64,000 nt of DNA. Origin: Candidatus Microgenomatus sp. GTDB taxonomy: Bacteria > Patescibacteriota > Microgenomatia > UBA8517. Position numbers and translations under genes: made by a program. The stretch covers positions 219,139-283,138 of the forward strand of contig DYGS01000001.1 of the NCBI GenBank assembly GCA_020724585.1, given 5' to 3'. Shown piece after piece: positions 58,707 through 64,000 of the stretch; position 1 is the first letter of the stretch; the number at the start of each line of letters is the position of its first letter. A model generated the notes under the pieces. That model was not told the origin of the DNA, searched no databases, and worked only from the letters and a program-made list of their open reading frames with translations.

Positions 58707-59551
58707 CTAATATGGAAATTTCTATTGTTATTTCAAGTTATAACACTAAAGATATCACCTTAAAATGTATTGACTCGATTTATAAAAGTGGTTTGAAAAA
58801 GGGAAATTTTGAGCTAATAGTTATTGACGATGCATCAAACGATGGGTCATATGAGTCTATTTTGACTCTCAAGAAGAACTCAATTTTTAAAAAAAATCTT
58901 AGAGTTTTTCAAAACAAAAGGAATTTGGGTTATGTTAGGACTAATAATCGCGGTATAAGACTCGCGCGAGGTAAATTTGTACTGCTGTTAAATAGCGACA
59001 CGCAGGTTAAATATAGAGCCATTGATAAATTAATTGATTTTGCAAAAAAAACTCCTGACTCTGGGGTGGTTGGCGCTCGACTTTTGAATAAGGATGGAAG
59101 TGTCCAAGCCTCATGCTATCATTTTCCAACGATCAAGCGAGCTCTTCTTGAATTTTGGTTTGGCAGAAAAGGTTTTTTTGAAAAATATTATCCATCAGGG
59201 CTTATTCCCATTCAGGTAGAAGCACTTGTGGGAGCTGTTTTTTTAATTACACCTAAAGCTCTAAAAGAAGTCGGCTATTTGGATGAGAAATTTGTATCCT
59301 ATTATGAAGATCTTGATTATTGCAGACGGGTTTGGAAGAGCGGCTTAAAAGTTTATTATCTGCCGGAGTCAGAAGTTATTCATTTGCACGGAGAGTCATT
59401 TAAAAAACTTGCTGATTATAAAAATCAATGGAAGAAGTTAATTCCCGGAAGCATCGCATTTAATGGTTTATTTAAACATCTCTTGATAAATGCTATTATC
59501 TATACAGGCCAAAAATGGCAAAAATTCATGTCTGGGTTAAAGAAAATTTAA
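58703..59551 (+). CDS. GT2 glycosyltransferase
   Basis: ISIVISSYNT, IDDASNDGS, LLNSDT, YEDLDYC. Confidence 0.8.
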   Translation: MTNMEISIVISSYNTKDITLKCIDSIYKSGLKKGNFELIVIDDASNDGSYESILTLKKNSIFKKNLRVFQNKRNLGYVRTNNRGIRLARGKFVLLLNSDTQVKYRAIDKLIDFAKKTPDSGVVGARLLNKDGSVQASCYHFPTIKRALLEFWFGRKGFFEKYYPSGLIPIQVEALVGAVFLITPKALKEVGYLDEKFVSYYEDLDYCRRVWKSGLKVYYLPESEVIHLHGESFKKLADYKNQWKKLIPGSIAFNGLFKHLLINAIIYTGQKWQKFMSGLKKI

Positions 59552-61248
59552 AGACGATATATAACTATTTAAATAATATTGTCATTTTGATTATTCTAAT
59601 CATTTTGTTTACAGCCCCCACATATTTGGGTTTATTCCGTGATGGATATTTTTTTATGCAGGATGACCTGCAGGCTTTTAGAGTCCAGCAGATGGATAAA
59701 TGCTTTAATGATTTTCAAATTCCTTGTCGATGGATACCTGATGGCGGTTATGGTTATGGTTATCCTCAGTTTAATTATTACCCTCCATTTCCGTATTATT
59801 TAGGAGTTTTATTTGCGAAACTTGGCATGCAATACATAGATTCGGTGAAACTTCTTTTTATTCTCGGATATGTCCTATCTGCAATTTCCTTTTTTATTTT
59901 GGTGAAAGAACTTTTGGGGAAATTTCCTGCATTTATTTCAGCTCTTTTATATACATATATTCCATACAAAGCGGTTGAAGTTTATGTTCGAGGTGCCTTG
60001 AGTGAATTTTGGGCTCAGATATTTTTTCCGCTAATTTTACTTTTTATATATAAGTTAATTAAAACAAGAGAAGGTAAATTTATTTTATATCTTGGAGTTT
60101 CAATAGCTCTATTGGCAACAACGCATACATTAATGACGATTATTTTTGCTCCGTTTGCAATTTTTTGGGCAGTTTATTGGTTGCTGGAATCTAAATTTAC
60201 AAAAGACGATCTTTTAAATTTATTGTATAGCGGCTTTTTGGCTTTTGGTCTCTCTGCCTACTTTATGCTTCCGGTGGCTTTTGAAAGAAGTTTAGTTCAT
60301 ATTGAATCAATGCTTTCGGGGTATTTTGACTACAGAGCACACTTTGTATCACTTTACAAATTGCTTTTATCAACAGAATGGGGATACGGTTCATCAGGTT
60401 TTCCCGATGAAAAACTTAATTTGTCTATTGGCATAATTCAGTGGATTGTCGGTCTTGGAGCAATTATCTTAGCCTTTTTTAATCGGAAAAAATATAAAAG
60501 CGAGGCTGTTTTAACATTTTTAATTTTTATTTTTGCATTATTAACTTTGTTTATGATGCATTTAAAATCCAGCTTTATCTGGTCATTATTACCCTTTTTG
60601 TGGTATATGCAATTTCCTTGGAGGTTCTTGGCACTGTCAATATTTTTAATTTGTCTGCTTTCTGCATATTTTTTAAATTTTATTTCAGGGAACAAAAGGT
60701 ATGTAATTGGAATAATTATTGTTATTATTGCGTTTTTAACGACTAGAAATTATTTTGTACCGAAAGAATGGTATTACGGCATTACCGACAGGGATAAATT
60801 TAGCGGCAAATCATGGCAAAAACAGATGACAATTAGTATTTTTGATTATCTTCCCAAAACTGCGGTGCTCCCTCCAATAAATGAAGCGCCAGATTTACCC
60901 GAAGTTCTTGAGGGAGTTGTTAATTTTGCTTCTTATGAAAAAGGTAGTAATTTCCAGAAGGGTAAAATAGTTGTAGAGAAAGATGCGACTATTAGGCTTC
61001 CTATTATTGATTTTGCTGGGATGAAACTTTATGTTAATGGAAAAGAGTATGACTATATAAACAATGATTGCCGTGGACAGGAATTCTGTTATGGTCTTGT
61101 GACTTTTAGACTTCCAAGAGGAGAACATGATATTTTAGTGAAGCTGGGAGATACGCCGGTTAGAAAAATTGGTAATATTATCTCGTTATTGTCATTATTT
61201 ATCTTATTTACATATGTTTACAAATTTTTTTCAAAGGATAAGAAATAA
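59515..61248 (+). CDS. QFPWRF-type polytopic membrane protein, putative GT-C glycosyltransferase (paralog 1)
   Basis: QDDLQAFRV...IPCRW...WGYGSSG...MQFPWRFLALSIF; about 12 TM plus a C-terminal beta domain. Confidence 0.6.
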   Translation: MAKIHVWVKENLKTIYNYLNNIVILIILIILFTAPTYLGLFRDGYFFMQDDLQAFRVQQMDKCFNDFQIPCRWIPDGGYGYGYPQFNYYPPFPYYLGVLFAKLGMQYIDSVKLLFILGYVLSAISFFILVKELLGKFPAFISALLYTYIPYKAVEVYVRGALSEFWAQIFFPLILLFIYKLIKTREGKFILYLGVSIALLATTHTLMTIIFAPFAIFWAVYWLLESKFTKDDLLNLLYSGFLAFGLSAYFMLPVAFERSLVHIESMLSGYFDYRAHFVSLYKLLLSTEWGYGSSGFPDEKLNLSIGIIQWIVGLGAIILAFFNRKKYKSEAVLTFLIFIFALLTLFMMHLKSSFIWSLLPFLWYMQFPWRFLALSIFLICLLSAYFLNFISGNKRYVIGIIIVIIAFLTTRNYFVPKEWYYGITDRDKFSGKSWQKQMTISIFDYLPKTAVLPPINEAPDLPEVLEGVVNFASYEKGSNFQKGKIVVEKDATIRLPIIDFAGMKLYVNGKEYDYINNDCRGQEFCYGLVTFRLPRGEHDILVKLGDTPVRKIGNIISLLSLFILFTYVYKFFSKDKK

Positions 61249-62875
61249 TTTACATATCGTTATTTTTACAATGATGATATTGTTTGTATCTTTGCCGTTA
61301 TTTAAGTATGGTTATTTTTCTCATCAAGATGATTTGCATATTATAAGACTTTATGAAATGAGGCAGTGTATAGAATCCATGCAAATTCCTTGTAGATGGG
61401 TTTCGAATATGGGTTATGGCAATGGTTTCCCAATGTTTAATTATTATGCACCATCGATTTATTATCTGGGGGTTATCTTAACATATATAGTTGGATATAT
61501 AAACACTGCTAAGGTTATATTTTTCTTAAGCCTTAGTCTTGGAAGTTTTGGCATTTACTTATTTGTAAAACATGTTTTTGATAAACAAAGTGCCTTTATC
61601 TCTAGTGTTTTATATTTACTTGCGCCCTATAAAGCACTTGATATTTATGTGAGAGGCGCGCTATCTGAAGCATTTTCGTTGGCTATTATTCCCTTTGTTT
61701 TTTACTTTCTAACTAAAATAATTGATGGACCTATTAAAAAGAAAGACTTTTTACTTTTTACTTTATCTTTATTTTTATTTCTAATAACCCATAACATAAT
61801 GATTTTGGTTTTCGCCCCAGTTCTTTTAGTTTGGGCGCTTTTAAGACTTTATTTAAATAATTTCTCTAATTTAAAATTAGTTATTCTTGGAGGATTTATT
61901 TCATTTTTGCTTTCATCATTCTTTTTATTACCTGCATATTTTGAGAAAGATTTGATTCAAACAGATAGTTTGACAAGATTTGAACTTGATTTTAGAGCTA
62001 ATTTTGTTTCCCTTTACAAGATATTTATAGATAGAAGCTGGGGATATGGCACTTCAATTCCTGGTCCATTGGGCGGGATGTCATTTCAAGTTGGTATTTT
62101 CCATTGGATTTTATCTTTTATATCGATACTAATTCTATTTAAAAAGAATGTTTCAAAAGGTTTAAAAATGATAGTATCTTTATTTGTTATCTTTTTTGTG
62201 ACCTCTGTCTTTATGATGCATGTTAGATCTTCATTTGTTTGGGAAAGTATAAAGATTTTATCTTATTTCCAATTCCCATGGAGATTTTTATCACTTTCGA
62301 TATTCACATCATCTGTCCTTGGCGGTTTAGTTTTATATTTAGTTAAAGATAAATACAAAAATATTTTGATAATAGCTATAACTCTTTTAACCTTTATCTT
62401 AAATTATTCATATTTTAAGCCTCTAGAACAAATTAAAATAAATGACGAACAAAAATTGTCTGGCCAAAGTTATGAAATACAAATTAAAGGGTCGCTTTTA
62501 GATTATTTGCCCAAGACCGCGCTTGAGCCAAGAGAAAAAGCACTTAGTATGCCTTTGATTACAAGAGGCAGCGCGATTATTGAATCTTTTGAAAAGAAAT
62601 CAGATAAATTTAATGGCAGTATAAATGTTTTAGAAGATCAAACTGTTTTAGAATTTCCGATATTCTATTTTCCTAATTGGCAAGTTTTTGTTAATGGAAA
62701 GAAAAGCGATATAAGCTATGATAATTATATTGGTCGAATTGCAATTAGACTTGACAAAGGGGAGTATCAAATAGCTGGCAAGTTAAAAAATACTCCTATC
62801 AGAACTGTTTCAAACACACTCACAGCAGTAGGTTTTTTTTCGCTGTTGATAGTTATTAAAAAATGGAAAAAATAA
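61214..62875 (+). CDS. QFPWRF-type polytopic membrane protein (paralog 2)
   Basis: HQDDLHIIRL...IPCRW...WGYGTSIPGP...FQFPWRFLSLSIF. The track start at 61169 is TTG; ATG at 61214 is preferred by N-terminal length match to the paralogs. Confidence 0.6.
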   Translation: MFTNFFQRIRNNLHIVIFTMMILFVSLPLFKYGYFSHQDDLHIIRLYEMRQCIESMQIPCRWVSNMGYGNGFPMFNYYAPSIYYLGVILTYIVGYINTAKVIFFLSLSLGSFGIYLFVKHVFDKQSAFISSVLYLLAPYKALDIYVRGALSEAFSLAIIPFVFYFLTKIIDGPIKKKDFLLFTLSLFLFLITHNIMILVFAPVLLVWALLRLYLNNFSNLKLVILGGFISFLLSSFFLLPAYFEKDLIQTDSLTRFELDFRANFVSLYKIFIDRSWGYGTSIPGPLGGMSFQVGIFHWILSFISILILFKKNVSKGLKMIVSLFVIFFVTSVFMMHVRSSFVWESIKILSYFQFPWRFLSLSIFTSSVLGGLVLYLVKDKYKNILIIAITLLTFILNYSYFKPLEQIKINDEQKLSGQSYEIQIKGSLLDYLPKTALEPREKALSMPLITRGSAIIESFEKKSDKFNGSINVLEDQTVLEFPIFYFPNWQVFVNGKKSDISYDNYIGRIAIRLDKGEYQIAGKLKNTPIRTVSNTLTAVGFFSLLIVIKKWKK

Positions 62876-64000
62876 ACATTTTTTTTAAAAAATACATAAT
62901 TTTTTTGGTTATTTTATTTTCTATTCCAGCCGTTAGGTACTTTTTTGTTCCTGGTTTTTTTGGAGTTTCAGATGATTTGCATGTTGCTTGGCTGCATCAG
63001 ATGGTCAAAACGCTAGAGATGCTGCAAATTCCACCCCGATTTGTTCCAAACTTAAGTTTTAATTTTGGCTATCCGCTTTTTAATTTCGTCTACCCACTGC
63101 CCTTTTATATCGCAAGTATTTTTAGTTTTCTCGGATTTAGTTTAGTTGATAGCATTAAACTTGTTTTCGGTCTTTCCATACCTTTTTCAATCTATGCAAT
63201 GTATTTACTTCTTAATAGATTTGTTAATTCTTATCTATCATTATTGGGAGGACTAATTTATGTTTATGCCCCGTATAGGGCTTTGGAAATATTTGTTAGG
63301 GGAACAATTGGGGAAATTGTTGCTTTTGCCATTTTTCCTCTAATTATATTAACAACTCTAAAGATATTTGATAATCCAAAAGATAATAAAAACACAGCCT
63401 TTAATGGTTTGTTTATTGGTCTTCTGATACTATCCCACAACATCATGTCTTATATGTTTGCCCCATTTTTGATAGTTTTGATACTAATAAAACTTTTTGA
63501 AAATAAGTCTAAAGAATTAAAAAGTTATATTCTTTCAATTTTTAAATTTTTTATATTAGGTCTATCCTTATCATCTTATTTTTGGCTGCCGGCAATTGTT
63601 GAAAGCAAGCTAATGAAGTATGACACTGTTTTTAATTTTTATGACCATTATCCGACGCTTAAACAGTTTATAACACCTTATTGGGGCTATGGAGCCTCAG
63701 TTCCCGGGCCATATGACACCATGTCATTTTATTTGGGTTTTTTTCAAATTGCACTATTTTTAGTATCTACAGTTTATTTTCTTCTAAAGTTTAAAAAAAT
63801 AGATAGGGAAGTTAAAACCGTCTTCCTATGGTCATTAACTGTCGTCTTTATGTCAATCTTCATGATGAATCATAGATCAAGTTTTTTGTGGGAAAACCTA
63901 CCTCTTATTGGTTATTTCCAATTTCCATGGAGATTTATTGCTATGCTTGTCTTGTTTATACCACTTTTAATAGTCTTATTTAAAAATTTGTCTATCAAAA
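62863..64000 (+). CDS. QFPWRF-type polytopic membrane protein (paralog 3), 3' end outside window
   Basis: Hand translation from ATG at 62863 is open to the window end: SDDLHVAWL...IPPRF...WGYGASVPGP...FQFPWRFIAML. The start overlaps the previous stop (ATGGAAAAAATAA). It is absent from the ORF track because no stop falls inside the window. Confidence 0.55.
   Translation, partial: MEKINIFFKKYIIFLVILFSIPAVRYFFVPGFFGVSDDLHVAWLHQMVKTLEMLQIPPRFVPNLSFNFGYPLFNFVYPLPFYIASIFSFLGFSLVDSIKLVFGLSIPFSIYAMYLLLNRFVNSYLSLLGGLIYVYAPYRALEIFVRGTIGEIVAFAIFPLIILTTLKIFDNPKDNKNTAFNGLFIGLLILSHNIMSYMFAPFLIVLILIKLFENKSKELKSYILSIFKFFILGLSLSSYFWLPAIVESKLMKYDTVFNFYDHYPTLKQFITPYWGYGASVPGPYDTMSFYLGFFQIALFLVSTVYFLLKFKKIDREVKTVFLWSLTVVFMSIFMMNHRSSFLWENLPLIGYFQFPWRFIAMLVLFIPLLIVLFKNLSIK

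Noticed and set aside
1-64000. CRISPR arrays, IS elements, transposases or integrases, rRNA genes
   Set aside because: No regularly spaced direct repeats, no DDE or tyrosine-recombinase signatures in any ORF, and no rRNA-like conserved blocks were seen by eye. The only repeats are the 26-bp palindrome pair, a 24-bp tandem repeat and low-complexity runs.

Overview
Low-GC, gene-dense bacterial fragment, almost entirely + strand with short or overlapping gene junctions. Gene content suggests a CPR/Patescibacteria-like (Microgenomates-type) lineage; this is an inference with no rRNA in the window to confirm it. Three blocks are visible. (1) 1-20 kb is a housekeeping block: lon 3' end, a HIGH-motif cytidylyltransferase, tRNA-Glu, greA, lysS, an HD hydrolase, serS, a fused ABC exporter, a SpeE-like methyltransferase, secA, an FKBP isomerase, two LytR_C paralogs flanking tgt, prfB, and ftsE-ftsX followed by an EnvC-like M23 protein. 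(2) 20-33 kb is a cell-surface block: a YerC/TrpR-like regulator bracketed by a 26-bp palindrome, Thr/Pro-rich secreted proteins, VanZ, a metzincin-like protein, a sortase next to a 1537-aa LPATG-anchored multi-repeat adhesin, a CAP-domain protein, rmlABCD, and trmD on the minus strand. (3) From 34 kb to the window end is a ~30 kb glycosylation island. It holds about nine GT2 (Dpm1/WaaE-like) enzymes, four DxGRD-motif GT39/ArnT-like membrane enzymes plus one ArnT-like enzyme without the motif, a PST-family flippase, a GT4, a SAM methyltransferase, four paralogous GT-C-like polytopic membrane proteins (one fused to a GT39-like half), two tandem DHH/DHHA1 phosphoesterases, wHTH-Nudix proteins and a Bro-N/DinD-like protein. 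No CRISPR array, transposase, integrase or rRNA was seen. The best candidates for a novel system are the glycosylation island next to the sortase-adhesin locus, the terminator/antiterminator structure in the greA leader, and the palindrome-bracketed YerC-like regulator.
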